Notes: generated by a model not told the origin, from the sequence alone. Positions 36,487 through 45,568 are shown, counted from the stretch's first letter. The stretch is DNA of 64,000 nucleotides from Dehalococcoidia bacterium (GCA_965262725.1 OZ253555.1:2656001-2720000); one strand, 5' to 3'. Made by a program: numbers and translations.

Positions 36487-37341
36487 ATGACGACAACCGG
36501 CATTCAGGTGCGGCGAGGCTTCGTACTCGGCGCCGACGGGCACATCGAGTACCGAGAGGCGGGACCCCAGCGGGAGAGTGGCAGGCCGCCCCTGCTCCTG
36601 TTGCACGCACTCCCGCAGTCATCCCGTATGTATCTCCCGCACATGGAGCGGCTCTCGCGCGAGCGCCGCGTCGTCGCCTGGACGATGCCGGCGTGCGGGG
36701 ATTCCGACCGTCCGACCACGCCCTACACCACGCTGGACGAGTTCGCGCGGGCCGCGGTGTGGCTACTCGACGGTCTCGGCATCGACCGCACCGACCTCTT
36801 CGCGACGCACACCGGGTCGGCGGTCGCGATCGCGCTCGCCGCGAACCACCCCGAGCGGCTCGGCTCGATCGTCGTGCAGGAGGCCTACAGCTACGGCGCA
36901 ACCGAGAACGGCCCCGCTCGGCTGCACCGCGCGCACCACTACTTCCCTCTCCGCGCCGACGGCGGGCACCTGCTCGAGATCTGGCGCCGCCACGGCGGCG
37001 AGAACCCCGGCGCCAACCTCTATCGCGTCATGGAGACGATGGTCGAACAGCTGAAGATCAATTCCGACGAAGGCGTGCAGGAGCTCTACGGGGACACCGG
37101 CTGGGAGGGCTCGGCGCCGTACGGCATGCTGCGCTACGACTACTGGGCCGCGCTCCCGCGCATCCGGGCGCGCACGCTCATGCTGCACGGCTCGGGCTCG
37201 CCGCTCGGGGAACAGCACGAGCGGTTCGTCGAGGGGATCCCCAACGCCGTCGGGATGCGCCCCGACAGCCCAGGCCTCCTCAACATCAACGACGACCCGG
37301 AGCGCTTCGCCCGCATCGTCCTCGACTTCCTCGACGGCTAG
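36487..37341 (+). CDS. Alpha/beta hydrolase-fold protein lacking the catalytic triad (paralogue C)
   Basis: Start ATG 36487 chosen by alignment to paralogues; HALP, CGDSD, ATHTG elbow, HPERL, TLMLHGSGS. Confidence 0.85.
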   Translation: MTTTGIQVRRGFVLGADGHIEYREAGPQRESGRPPLLLLHALPQSSRMYLPHMERLSRERRVVAWTMPACGDSDRPTTPYTTLDEFARAAVWLLDGLGIDRTDLFATHTGSAVAIALAANHPERLGSIVVQEAYSYGATENGPARLHRAHHYFPLRADGGHLLEIWRRHGGENPGANLYRVMETMVEQLKINSDEGVQELYGDTGWEGSAPYGMLRYDYWAALPRIRARTLMLHGSGSPLGEQHERFVEGIPNAVGMRPDSPGLLNINDDPERFARIVLDFLDG

Positions 37342-37409
37342 AGGCGCAGGGCACCGCCGGAGGCAGTCCCGCGAGCGGTGCGGGCGTCCGTCGCCCCACC
37401 CCGCCGGGT

Positions 37410-38213
37410 CTACCGCCCGTGGAAGACCGGCGTGCGGCGCTCCCGGATGGCGGTTCGTCCCTCGATGGTGTCCTCCGTCTGGCCGCTGATGCCGACGTTC
37501 GCCGCCTCGTAGACGAGGTGCTCGCGGAGCGGTGTGTTCTGCGCGTGGTACACCGTGCGCCGGGTGAGCGAGAGCGCGATCGGTGCACCGTCCGCGACAC
37601 GCTGGGCGAGGGTCCGCGTCGCCTCCTCGAACTGGTCGTCCGGGGCCACGTGGTTGACGACGCCCCACTCCAGCGCCTGCGGGCCCGACAGCTCCTGCCC
37701 CGTGTAGAACCACTCGAGTGTCCGGGCCGTACCGATCAGCCGCGTTGCCGTCCAGCTCAGGCCCAGCTCCGGGGAGATCCCTCGCATGGTGAAGATGGGG
37801 ATCAGGCGCGCGGACTCCGCGGCGATGCGCAGATCCTGCGCCATCGCCAGGCCCAGGCCGCCGCCGGCGGCCACGCCGTTGATGGCCCCGATGCTCGGCT
37901 TGTCGAGCTCATGCCAGGCCAGCGTCACGCGACCGGAGTAGCCGATCTCATCGGTCGGTCCTCGATGGAACGGATTGTCGGCGACGGCGCCACGGTCCTC
38001 GCTGGTATCGACGCCGGAGCAGAACCCGCGACCGGTCCCCGTGAGCACCACGCAGCGGACGCTCGGATCGTCGCGTAGCTCCGCCGGCGCCCGCAGCAGC
38101 TCGAGCCCCATCGTCGGGTTGAACGCGTTGAGCTTCTCCGGACGGTTCATCCGCACCATAGCGACACCGTCCTCCACCTCGATCACGAGGTGCTGGTAGT
38201 CGTCGTAGGCCAT
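37410..38213 (-). CDS. Enoyl-CoA hydratase/isomerase family protein (PaaG-like)
   Basis: MNRPEKLNAF, GRGFCSGVD, AINGVAAGGGLGLA, RGISPELG, ERRTPVFHGR. Confidence 0.92.
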   Translation of the reverse strand: MAYDDYQHLVIEVEDGVAMVRMNRPEKLNAFNPTMGLELLRAPAELRDDPSVRCVVLTGTGRGFCSGVDTSEDRGAVADNPFHRGPTDEIGYSGRVTLAWHELDKPSIGAINGVAAGGGLGLAMAQDLRIAAESARLIPIFTMRGISPELGLSWTATRLIGTARTLEWFYTGQELSGPQALEWGVVNHVAPDDQFEEATRTLAQRVADGAPIALSLTRRTVYHAQNTPLREHLVYEAANVGISGQTEDTIEGRTAIRERRTPVFHGR

Positions 38214-38254
38214 TTCGCACTCCTTTCGATTCGCTCCCGCGCATGGCTGTTCCG

Positions 38255-38788
38255 CTACGGCATCTGCGCCGCGGTCACCAGACCGGGGAAGTCACGATAA
38301 ATCACCGGATGCCGTCGGCCGGTGAAGCCCTCGGCGCGCAGGTACTGGGGTGTGGTACGAATCACGGACGGCGTGTATGTGTCGCCTGCGTGCCCGCGCG
38401 GGCGCCCGGTCGCGGCCGCGCGCCGCTCGTAGAACGCCTCGACCTCGGCCGGGTCCTCGACCAGCCGGGCGATGCCCTGCACGTAGACCGAGGCGGGATC
38501 GTTGCCACGCTCCCGCGCCTCGAGTCCCGAGAACAGGTACGCGACGATCGGGTTACGGCGCACCTGGCGCGTCTTGAGGTGCACGTTCTGCGTCACCGTC
38601 TGAATCGTCCAACCCTCGACAAAGGCTGAGACCGGGCGCATCAGCGGCCGGCCGTCGCGCCGGATGGTGAGCAGGTAGGTGGCAACGCGGTCCCAGTCAG
38701 AGATGAAGGCGCGGATCTCCTCGCGGTGGCTTTCCGCCTCCTCCGCTGAGACTTCGCGCTCCGCCTCGTACGCTTGGCTCGTCGCCAT
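38255..38788 (-). CDS. Pyridoxamine 5'-phosphate oxidase-like split-barrel protein
   Basis: LLTIRRDGRPLMRPV, KTRQVRRNP, VQGIARLVED; ATG after GGAGGG; paralogue of 15855-16382. Confidence 0.82.
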   Translation of the reverse strand: MATSQAYEAEREVSAEEAESHREEIRAFISDWDRVATYLLTIRRDGRPLMRPVSAFVEGWTIQTVTQNVHLKTRQVRRNPIVAYLFSGLEARERGNDPASVYVQGIARLVEDPAEVEAFYERRAAATGRPRGHAGDTYTPSVIRTTPQYLRAEGFTGRRHPVIYRDFPGLVTAAQMP

Positions 38789-38829
38789 CCGCCCCTCCGT
38801 CCGCTGCACGCGCGCAGCATAGCGGGTGA

Positions 38830-39648
38830 CTACAGGCCGCGGGCATCCCCCGGCCGAGAGCGCGGGGACGCGTCCCGCGGCGGCTCGCGCACCGGTCCGT
38901 GCAGGGCGGGTTCCAGGCCGTGCTCACGCAAGAGCTCGCCGTCGCCGAGGACCACGTCGGGGGGCCCGTCGCCGACGACGCGGCCGGCGGCGAGCACGAC
39001 GACCCTCGTGGCGAGGTCGCGCGCCATCGCCAGGTCGTGCGTGGCGACGACCTGCGTCTGGGGAAGCTCTCGCAGCAGCGCGATGAGATCGTGGCGCGCG
39101 GCGGGAGCGAGCGAAGACGTCGGCTCGTCGAGCACGAGAATATCGGGCCGCATCGAGAGCACGGTCGCAATCGCGATACGCTTCTTCTCGCCGAGACTCA
39201 GGCGGTGCGGCGCCCGATTGTCGTAGCCCCTCATCCCGACCGCCGCGAGGGCCGCGCGCGCGCGCTCCAGCACCTCCTCCGGGCCGAGGCCCTGGTACAG
39301 CGGACCGTAGGCAACGTCGTCGAGCACGGTGGGCGAGAAGAGCTGGTCGTCCGGGTTGGAGAAGAGCAGGCCCACCCGCGCCCGGACCGCGCGCAGCGTG
39401 TCGTCAGTCAGCCGCTCCCCGAGGACCTCGATCGTTCCCCCGCCGCGCAGGAGCCCGTTGAGCAGGCGCGTGAGCGTGGACTTGCCGGAGCCGTTCGGGC
39501 CGAGCACACAGACGAGCTCGCCGGCCTCGATGTCGATATCGACGCCGCTGAGCCCGAGCGTCCCGTCCGGGTAACGGTAGGAGACGCCGCGGAGCCGCAG
39601 CGCCGTCGGCGCGCCCGTCCCCGGCAGCGGGGACCCGCCGTCGTTCAC
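38830..39648 (-). CDS. cbiO: ECF transporter ATPase (CbiO/NikO)
   Basis: YRYPDGT, GPNGSGKST, NPDDQLFSPTV, LSLGEKKR, LDEPT. Confidence 0.92.
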   Translation of the reverse strand: MNDGGSPLPGTGAPTALRLRGVSYRYPDGTLGLSGVDIDIEAGELVCVLGPNGSGKSTLTRLLNGLLRGGGTIEVLGERLTDDTLRAVRARVGLLFSNPDDQLFSPTVLDDVAYGPLYQGLGPEEVLERARAALAAVGMRGYDNRAPHRLSLGEKKRIAIATVLSMRPDILVLDEPTSSLAPAARHDLIALLRELPQTQVVATHDLAMARDLATRVVVLAAGRVVGDGPPDVVLGDGELLREHGLEPALHGPVREPPRDASPRSRPGDARGL

Positions 39649-40433
39649 AACCGCACCGCCACCTGCACGCAGCAACCGTAGAGCACGATCGCCGCGGCCA
39701 CCGCGGCCGAGCGAATGTCGAAACCAGGCGGGGCGAGGCGGCGCGGATCCCCGTCGTAGCCGCGCGCGAGCATCGCGGCGTGGACGCGCTCGCTGCGCTC
39801 GACGGAGCGCACAAAGAGCGTGCCGACGAGGTGTCCGGCCACGCGCGCCCGCCAGCGCAGGTCGCCGCCCGACCGGCGTCCGTCGACGGCCGTGCTGCGG
39901 CTCGCGCGTGCGAGCAGCATCCGGGACGCCTCGTCGACGACCACGAAGAGGTAGCGATACGCGAACTCCATCGACACCACGAGCAGCCGCGGGAGGCGCA
40001 GCCAGCGGAGCGCTCCGAGGATCGCCGGCAGCTCCGTCGTGGCGAGCAGCACAGCCGCGACCACGACCGAGAGCGACGACTTCCCGAGGATGGTCGCGAC
40101 CGCGGTCACGCCGGCATCGCTCACCACCCAGCCAAGGAGCGGGAGCTGGGCGAGCGGCTCGCCCGGCCGCGTGAAGAGGAGAGGCAGCGCGACGAGCAGG
40201 AACGGGAGGGCAATCAACGCCCGCCTGAGAACGAGCAACGGCGGCAGCCTCGCCGCCGCGATCACCATCGCCACCGGCAGAACCAGGAGACCGAGCGCCG
40301 CGAAGTCGCCCTCGCGGGTGAGTGTGATGACGAGGACGTAGGCGAGGGCGCAGGGGAGCTTCACCCGCGCGTGGGCGCGGTGGACGGGGCTGTCGCCTGC
40401 GTGGAAGCGCTCGAGAAGCGCGGTGACCTCCAC
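39645..40433 (-). CDS. cbiQ: ECF transporter T component (CbiQ/NikQ)
   Basis: GDSPVHR..ARVKL, YRYLFVVVDEA.RM..ARASR, LFVRSVERSERVHAAMLARGY. Confidence 0.92.
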   Translation of the reverse strand: MEVTALLERFHAGDSPVHRAHARVKLPCALAYVLVITLTREGDFAALGLLVLPVAMVIAAARLPPLLVLRRALIALPFLLVALPLLFTRPGEPLAQLPLLGWVVSDAGVTAVATILGKSSLSVVVAAVLLATTELPAILGALRWLRLPRLLVVSMEFAYRYLFVVVDEASRMLLARASRSTAVDGRRSGGDLRWRARVAGHLVGTLFVRSVERSERVHAAMLARGYDGDPRRLAPPGFDIRSAAVAAAIVLYGCCVQVAVRL

Positions 40434-40445
40434 CGGCCCGCCGCC

Positions 40446-40787
40446 CTACCGCGGTCCGGGCGAGGCCGCCCCGTCGCGGCCGCCGCCACGGGCCGAGCGG
40501 GCGCGCAGCACCCGGGCGGCCAGAAGCACGACGGCCGTGACGGCGACCACGCCAATCGCGCCGGCGAGGATCGTCGACGCGGTCTCGTCCTCGACGCCCG
40601 GAACCAGATAGGCGGCGAGCAGCTCGACGGGGGCATCCGCAGCGTGCTCGGCGAATCCCTCGTCCGCGGCGACCCGCTCGAGGCCGTCGGGATCGCCGGA
40701 TGCGCGGGGAGCCAGCACGACGACCACGATGAGCGCGGCCGCAAGCCCGCCGACGAGGAGCGCGACATTGCCGCGCGCCACCCTCAC
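40446..40787 (-). CDS. PDGLE domain protein (CbiN/NikN-like auxiliary subunit)
   Basis: Two hydrophobic helices flanking ASGDPDGLERVA; only the 3' part of ORF 40446-42233; GTGA overlap with the cbiM stop. Confidence 0.88.
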   Translation of the reverse strand: MRVARGNVALLVGGLAAALIVVVVLAPRASGDPDGLERVAADEGFAEHAADAPVELLAAYLVPGVEDETASTILAGAIGVVAVTAVVLLAARVLRARSARGGGRDGAASPGPR

Positions 40788-41482
40788 GCCTCCGCCCGCG
40801 CCCACCGCGCGAGGAGATCGGGGCGCCAGGCGCGGACGAGGCCGAGCGCGCCGAGCGTGATCAGACCCTCGCCGACCCCGATCAGGACGTGCACGCCCGC
40901 CATTGCCGGGAGCACCACCGCCAGCGGCGAGGTGCCGGAGGTCGCGAGCTCGAGCGCCGTCGCGACCGCAGCCGCCTCGACGGACAGCCAGGCGGCGGCG
41001 AACGCCGCCACTGCCGACGCGGCCGGGTGGCGGGCGCTCAGCGCGTGCAGCGCCCGGTACACGCCCCAGCCGACGAGGACGGTGATGACGCCCATGTTGA
41101 GGGTGTTCACCCCGGCGGCCGCGAGCCCGCCGTCCTGGAAGAGCAGCGCCTGCAGCGCGACGACGGCAGTCATCACGATGATCGCCGCCCATGGACCGAG
41201 CAGGATCGCGGCGAGGGCCCCGCCCAGCAGATGGCCCGAGGTGCCCCCGGCCACGGGGAAGTTGACCATCTGGCCGGCGAAGATGAACGCCGCCATCACC
41301 CCCATCAGCGGCGCCGCGCGCTCGTCCAGGTTGCGATCCGCGCGGCGGGCGGCCACGACGACCAGGGCCGCGGCCACGGCCCAGCCGACGGCCGCTACCG
41401 GCAGGCTGACGAAGCCGTCGGGGATGTGCAGCGGAGGAGCGGGGGCGGCTCCCAGGGCCGTGAGGGGACCGACGGCCGCCAC
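40784..41482 (-). CDS. cbiM: ECF transporter S component (CbiM/NikM)
   Basis: LHIPDGF, AAFIFAGQMVNFPVAGGTSGHLLGG, QALLFQDGGL, H.LIG.GEGLIT. Confidence 0.95.
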   Translation of the reverse strand: MAAVGPLTALGAAPAPPLHIPDGFVSLPVAAVGWAVAAALVVVAARRADRNLDERAAPLMGVMAAFIFAGQMVNFPVAGGTSGHLLGGALAAILLGPWAAIIVMTAVVALQALLFQDGGLAAAGVNTLNMGVITVLVGWGVYRALHALSARHPAASAVAAFAAAWLSVEAAAVATALELATSGTSPLAVVLPAMAGVHVLIGVGEGLITLGALGLVRAWRPDLLARWARAEA

Positions 41483-41497
41483 CCGAGCCTCCCGGCC

Positions 41498-41938
41498 CTA
41501 GCCGCCCGCCGGGCGGCAGTCCGCGCAGAGGCCGGGGATCGCCAGGTGGCGAATGTCCGCCTCGAAGCCCGCGCGCTCGCGGATCTCCGCCTCCGCGAGC
41601 GCGAGCGAGGCGAGCGCGACGCTCTCGGTGCGGCCGCAGGACCGGCACTCGACGTGGTGATGGCTCGTGCCCGGCTCGTTCCACTCGTAGACGATCGTGC
41701 CGGAGGCGCCGCGCAGCTCGGAGGTGAGGCGAAGCGCGGTCGCCGTCTCCAGCGTGCGGTAGACGGTCGAGAGCGAGATGCCGGCGAGGGGGTCGTCGCC
41801 ACGCACGCGGTCGAGGACCTGCTCGGCGCTCTGGTGCTCCCTCGCGTGACGGAGCGCGCTCAGGATCTTCACCCGCTGGATCGTCACGCGACGCCCGCGC
41901 TTGCGGACGGCCTGCGCGATCTCCGGCTCGCAGCTCAT
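41498..41938 (-). CDS. Fur family transcriptional repressor
   Basis: RVTIQR, H.SAE, ISLSTVYRTL, HHHVECRSCG, GLCADC. Confidence 0.93.
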   Translation of the reverse strand: MSCEPEIAQAVRKRGRRVTIQRVKILSALRHAREHQSAEQVLDRVRGDDPLAGISLSTVYRTLETATALRLTSELRGASGTIVYEWNEPGTSHHHVECRSCGRTESVALASLALAEAEIRERAGFEADIRHLAIPGLCADCRPAGG

Positions 41939-41969
41939 GGTCGCGCTCCAGTTGCGCCGCTGGTGGCAC

Positions 41970-41985
41970 CTGCAAAGATTCGCAG
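41970..41985. promoter_or_regulatory. Candidate Fur-family operator (imperfect palindrome CTGCAAA-GA-TTCGCAG)
   Basis: 6 of 7 pairs complementary, AT-rich core, overlaps the predicted transcription start of the fur-cbi operon. Confidence 0.55.
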
Positions 41986-41989
41986 ATCC

Positions 41990-42017
41990 ACTCTATCCCC
42001 GTCGGGAGGCGCGTCAA
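41990..42017 (-). promoter_or_regulatory. Sigma70-type promoter TTGACG-N16-TAGAGT for the fur-cbiM operon
   Basis: Reverse strand -35 at 42017-42012 and -10 at 41995-41990. Confidence 0.65.
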
Positions 42018-42048
42018 GTGCCCGGCGAAAGCGTGACGTGCGAGGGTC

Positions 42049-42579
42049 CTACGAGGGGCGGAGGTCGCGCGGGTAGCGCAGCGTCGCGTCGGCGTAGAAC
42101 TCCCGCGTCTCCTGGAAGCGCCGCCGGATGCGATCGGGCACCGTGTCGCTCCGCTGCCTGGCCGGCACGCCCATCCACAGCGTCCCGGCCGGTATGACAG
42201 AGTTCGCCGGCACCAGCGAGCCCGCGGCCACAACCGCGCCCGCGCCGATGCGCGTCCCCTCGTGCACCAGGGCGCCGTTCCCGATCACGACGCCGTCGGC
42301 GGCGTCGACCCCGTGCGCGAGCACGCCGTGACCGAGCACGCAGTCGCGGCCTATCGTCGTCTCCTCGTGGAGGATGCAGAGATCCTGGACGTTGGTGCCG
42401 GCGCCCACCGTGATCGGCCCGGAGTCGCCGCGCAGCACCACCCCGAACCAGATGGAGGCGCCGGGCCCCACCGTGACGTCGCCTATCAGCGTTGCCGTCG
42501 GCGCGATGTAGGCGGTGCGATCCACCCGGGGCGTGAGATCGCCGAGCGCGTAGACCCACGGGCCGCCGGAGGGGCTCAC
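42049..42579 (-). CDS. Gamma carbonic anhydrase family (PaaY/CaiE/YrdA-like) protein
   Basis: YIAPTATLIGDV, IW..VLRGD, NVQD..ILH, GH...HG, hexapeptide repeats, GVPAR. Confidence 0.92.
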   Translation of the reverse strand: MSPSGGPWVYALGDLTPRVDRTAYIAPTATLIGDVTVGPGASIWFGVVLRGDSGPITVGAGTNVQDLCILHEETTIGRDCVLGHGVLAHGVDAADGVVIGNGALVHEGTRIGAGAVVAAGSLVPANSVIPAGTLWMGVPARQRSDTVPDRIRRRFQETREFYADATLRYPRDLRPS

Positions 42580-43421
42580 AAGCCGCCCTCCCCGTCCAGC
42601 GCCTGGAGCCGCCCCAGCAGCGTCTGGGCCGTCACGACGCCGTGCTCCATGAAGTCCGCGATGACCGCCGCGAGCTCTCGTGGCACTTCCGTCGGGACGC
42701 CGTGACTGACGCGGCTGAAGACATGCAGGGCAGCGTTCGGAAGAGCAGCGTAGTCGGCAAGGTTGGTGGGCAGCAGGCTATCGGCGGCCGCGCTGACGAC
42801 GAGCGTCGGTTGCGTGAGCTCAGCGAGCCGATCGCCGAGCCGCAGGGTGAACATGGCCCGCGCCATCCCCTCGACATGCGCGTCGGAGGCAGCGAGCCAG
42901 CGCCGCGCCGAGCGCTCCATGCCGGACTCCGAGCGCGGCCGCGCCGCCGTCGCGCGGCGCTCGGCCACGATGCGCTCGACCGAGCCCTCGCGCCTGAGCG
43001 CGAGGGTGTGCTCCCGGCGGGCCGCCGCCCCCTCGTCGTCGGCGACGCCGGCCGCCGGCACCGAGCTCACCAGCACGAGCCGCTCAACCCTCTCCGGCTC
43101 GGCGAGCGCGAGCCACATTCCGATCGCACCGCCCAGGGAGTGACCGACGAAGGTGAAGCGCCCGACGCCGAGCGCGTCGGCGAGGGCGAGCGCGTCGGCG
43201 GCGTACTGCTCGACGCTGTGCCCCTCCGCCGTCCGCTCGCTCTCACCGCAGCCGCGCGCGTCCGGGGCGATGCAGCGGTACTCGCCTGAGAGCCGCTCCG
43301 TCACCCCGGCCCAGGTGTCCGAGGCGCTCATGTAGCCGTGGTGGAAGAGCAGCGCGGGAGCGTGGGCGGGGCCCCGCTGGTCATAGTGGAGCCGGACGCC
43401 GTGGACCGTCGCCTCGGGCAT
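42576..43421 (-). CDS. Alpha/beta hydrolase with intact triad
   Basis: HHG, DARGCGES, GHSLGG, AAADSLL, VSHG. Confidence 0.9.
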   Translation of the reverse strand: MPEATVHGVRLHYDQRGPAHAPALLFHHGYMSASDTWAGVTERLSGEYRCIAPDARGCGESERTAEGHSVEQYAADALALADALGVGRFTFVGHSLGGAIGMWLALAEPERVERLVLVSSVPAAGVADDEGAAARREHTLALRREGSVERIVAERRATAARPRSESGMERSARRWLAASDAHVEGMARAMFTLRLGDRLAELTQPTLVVSAAADSLLPTNLADYAALPNAALHVFSRVSHGVPTEVPRELAAVIADFMEHGVVTAQTLLGRLQALDGEGGL

Positions 43422-43473
43422 GCCGCCTCCGCTCCGCCGTGCGCCTGCCGGTCCCGGCGCGGCGGGGGAGAGT

Positions 43474-44766
43474 CTACGGCGCTCGCCCGGCTGGGGCAGC
43501 CTCGCGAGCGGGAGGCGGCACCCCCGCCGGCCGCGCCGGAGGGCGCACGGCGAGCAGGATGGGCACGGCGAGCCACGCGACGGCGGCGGCGATGGTCCAG
43601 CCGAGCGTGTAGCTGCCAGTGGCGTCGACGGTGCGGCCGACCACCCACGGTCCGATCACCGCGCCCGCCGTCATCACGAACGCCGCGTAGCCGTTGATCG
43701 TCCCGAAGTGCCGGACGCCGTAGTAGTCGGCCATCAGGGCGGTCCTCACGGGGATGATGCCCCCGAAGCCCGGGCCCATGATGAGCAGGCCGACCATCGC
43801 GATGGCGAGCGAGGAGCCGGCTGGCCCGGCGACGGCGAGCAGGACGGTGCCGGTCGCCGCGAGCGCGGTACCGAGGGCGAGCATGTGCCGCTTGTCGCCG
43901 CGATCGGCGAGGAACCCGAATCCGACCCGCCCCACGACCGAGGAGAGCGTGTAAACCGCGAGGCCGGTGCTCGCGACGCCCTTCGAGTAGCCGAGCGATT
44001 CCAGGTACGGGATGGTCAGGAGGATCACCGAGACGATGGAGAAGAAGGCCGCCGCCTGCCCGGCGGCGAGCAGCCAGAAAGCGCGCGTATGGAGCGCCTG
44101 CCGCGCCGTCATTGCCACTCCGTCGTCGACGGCCGCCTCCGACCCCGGCGCCCACGTGATGCCGTCCATGGGCTGCGGGTGCGAGGATGGTCGCGAACGG
44201 ACATTGCTCGCAGCGAAGGCAGAGATCACGAAATACACGACGGCCAGAACGCGCAGCGATCCCCGCCACCCCAGCGCCTCGACGAGAAGCGCTATGAAAA
44301 TGACCAGCACGCCGGCGAGCGAACCGCCTATCGACATCACCGCCAGGGCGCGCGTCCGGAGCGTGCGGAACCAGGTCGTGGTCGCCGTCATCCCGACCTG
44401 GCCGCCGGCGGCGCCGATGCCGGCCGCGGAGAGCAGCATCACGGCGTAGAACTGCCAGATGTTCTGCACAAAGGAGAGCGCAAGCAGACCGGCCCCGGCG
44501 ACGCAGACCCCCGCGAGCAGGACGACCCGCGCGCCCAGGCGATCGATCGCGTAGCCGATCGCGGGCGCGGCCGCACCCTGGACCTCCGTGCGCAGCGAGA
44601 AGGCGAGGCTGGTCGCGGCCACGCTCCAGCCGAACTCGGCGATGAGGTCGTTGAAGATCGTCCCGAGCCCGTAGAAGAACGTGGTGCCGTTGACGAGCAT
44701 CACGACGCCCGCGGCGACGACGACGATCCAGCCCTCGTAGACGGTGGGGAAGAGGCGGCGCAGCAT
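43474..44766 (-). CDS. MFS transporter
   Basis: YEGWIVV, GYAIDRLGAR motif A, GWR, QALHTRAFW, GFLADR, DYYG.RHFG; about 12 hydrophobic segments. Confidence 0.93.
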   Translation of the reverse strand: MLRRLFPTVYEGWIVVVAAGVVMLVNGTTFFYGLGTIFNDLIAEFGWSVAATSLAFSLRTEVQGAAAPAIGYAIDRLGARVVLLAGVCVAGAGLLALSFVQNIWQFYAVMLLSAAGIGAAGGQVGMTATTTWFRTLRTRALAVMSIGGSLAGVLVIFIALLVEALGWRGSLRVLAVVYFVISAFAASNVRSRPSSHPQPMDGITWAPGSEAAVDDGVAMTARQALHTRAFWLLAAGQAAAFFSIVSVILLTIPYLESLGYSKGVASTGLAVYTLSSVVGRVGFGFLADRGDKRHMLALGTALAATGTVLLAVAGPAGSSLAIAMVGLLIMGPGFGGIIPVRTALMADYYGVRHFGTINGYAAFVMTAGAVIGPWVVGRTVDATGSYTLGWTIAAAVAWLAVPILLAVRPPARPAGVPPPAREAAPAGRAP

Positions 44767-44799
44767 CGCGGTCCCCCCCGCTCCCCGCCGGTCGCTCGC

Positions 44800-45567
44800 T
44801 CACACCGTGGCGGTGTATCCCCCGTCGATCAGGAGGTCGGCCCCGGTCATGAACGACGACGCGTCCGAGGCCAGGAAGACGGCTCCTTCGGCGATCTCCT
44901 CGCTCTGCCCGAGGCGACCGAGGATGTGCTTGGAGGCGATCGCCGCGCGCGCCTGCTCCATGCTGCCGAAGCGGTGCACCAGCCGCTCCGTCTCGACCGC
45001 GCCCGGGGAGAGGCTGTTGACGCGGATCCCCTCGGCGGCGTGGTCCAGCGCCAGCACCTTCGAGAGCTGCACCAGCGCCGCCTTGGTCGAGCAGTAGGCC
45101 GGCGAGCGCGGCGAGGCCACTCGCGCGAGCTGCGAGGCGACGTTGATCACGCTGCCGCCGCCGCCCTCCGCTATCAGCGGGAGCGCGTACTTCGCCATCA
45201 GGAAGGCGCCGGTGAGATTGATGTCGAGCGTGCGTTGCCAGCTCGCGAGATCGAGCTCCACGACGGTCGCCGACGGATCGCGGTTCGCCGCGTTGTTCAC
45301 CAGTACCGAGAGTCCGCCGAGCTGCTCGCGGGCTGCCGCCACAGCCGCGCGCGCAGACTCCTGCTCGGCGACGTCGCAGCCAATCGAGGCTGCCGTCGCG
45401 CCGGACCCGCGCGCTTCCTCCGCGACGGCCCGGGCGGCGGCCTCGTCGATGTCGGCGCAGAGGACGGAGGCGCCTTCCCGCGCGAAGGCGAGCGTGATGG
45501 CGCGGCCGATGCCGGCGCCCCCGCCGGTCACCAGCGCCCGCTTCCCGACGAGTCGCCCGGCCGGCAC
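44800..45567 (-). CDS. SDR family oxidoreductase
   Basis: TGGGAGIG, LVNNAA, YCSTK, IRVNSLSPG, FMTGADLLIDGG. Confidence 0.95.
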   Translation of the reverse strand: MPAGRLVGKRALVTGGGAGIGRAITLAFAREGASVLCADIDEAAARAVAEEARGSGATAASIGCDVAEQESARAAVAAAREQLGGLSVLVNNAANRDPSATVVELDLASWQRTLDINLTGAFLMAKYALPLIAEGGGGSVINVASQLARVASPRSPAYCSTKAALVQLSKVLALDHAAEGIRVNSLSPGAVETERLVHRFGSMEQARAAIASKHILGRLGQSEEIAEGAVFLASDASSFMTGADLLIDGGYTATV

Positions 45568-45568
45568 G

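Noticed and set aside
41939-42048. Cobalamin riboswitch expected upstream of cbiM
   Set aside because: No B12-box, and the 110-nt spacer is occupied by a promoter and a palindrome.
40446-42233. 595-aa ORF ending in a PDGLE domain
   Set aside because: The upstream part is an off-frame read through gamma-CA, fur and cbiM; only 40446-40787 is credible.
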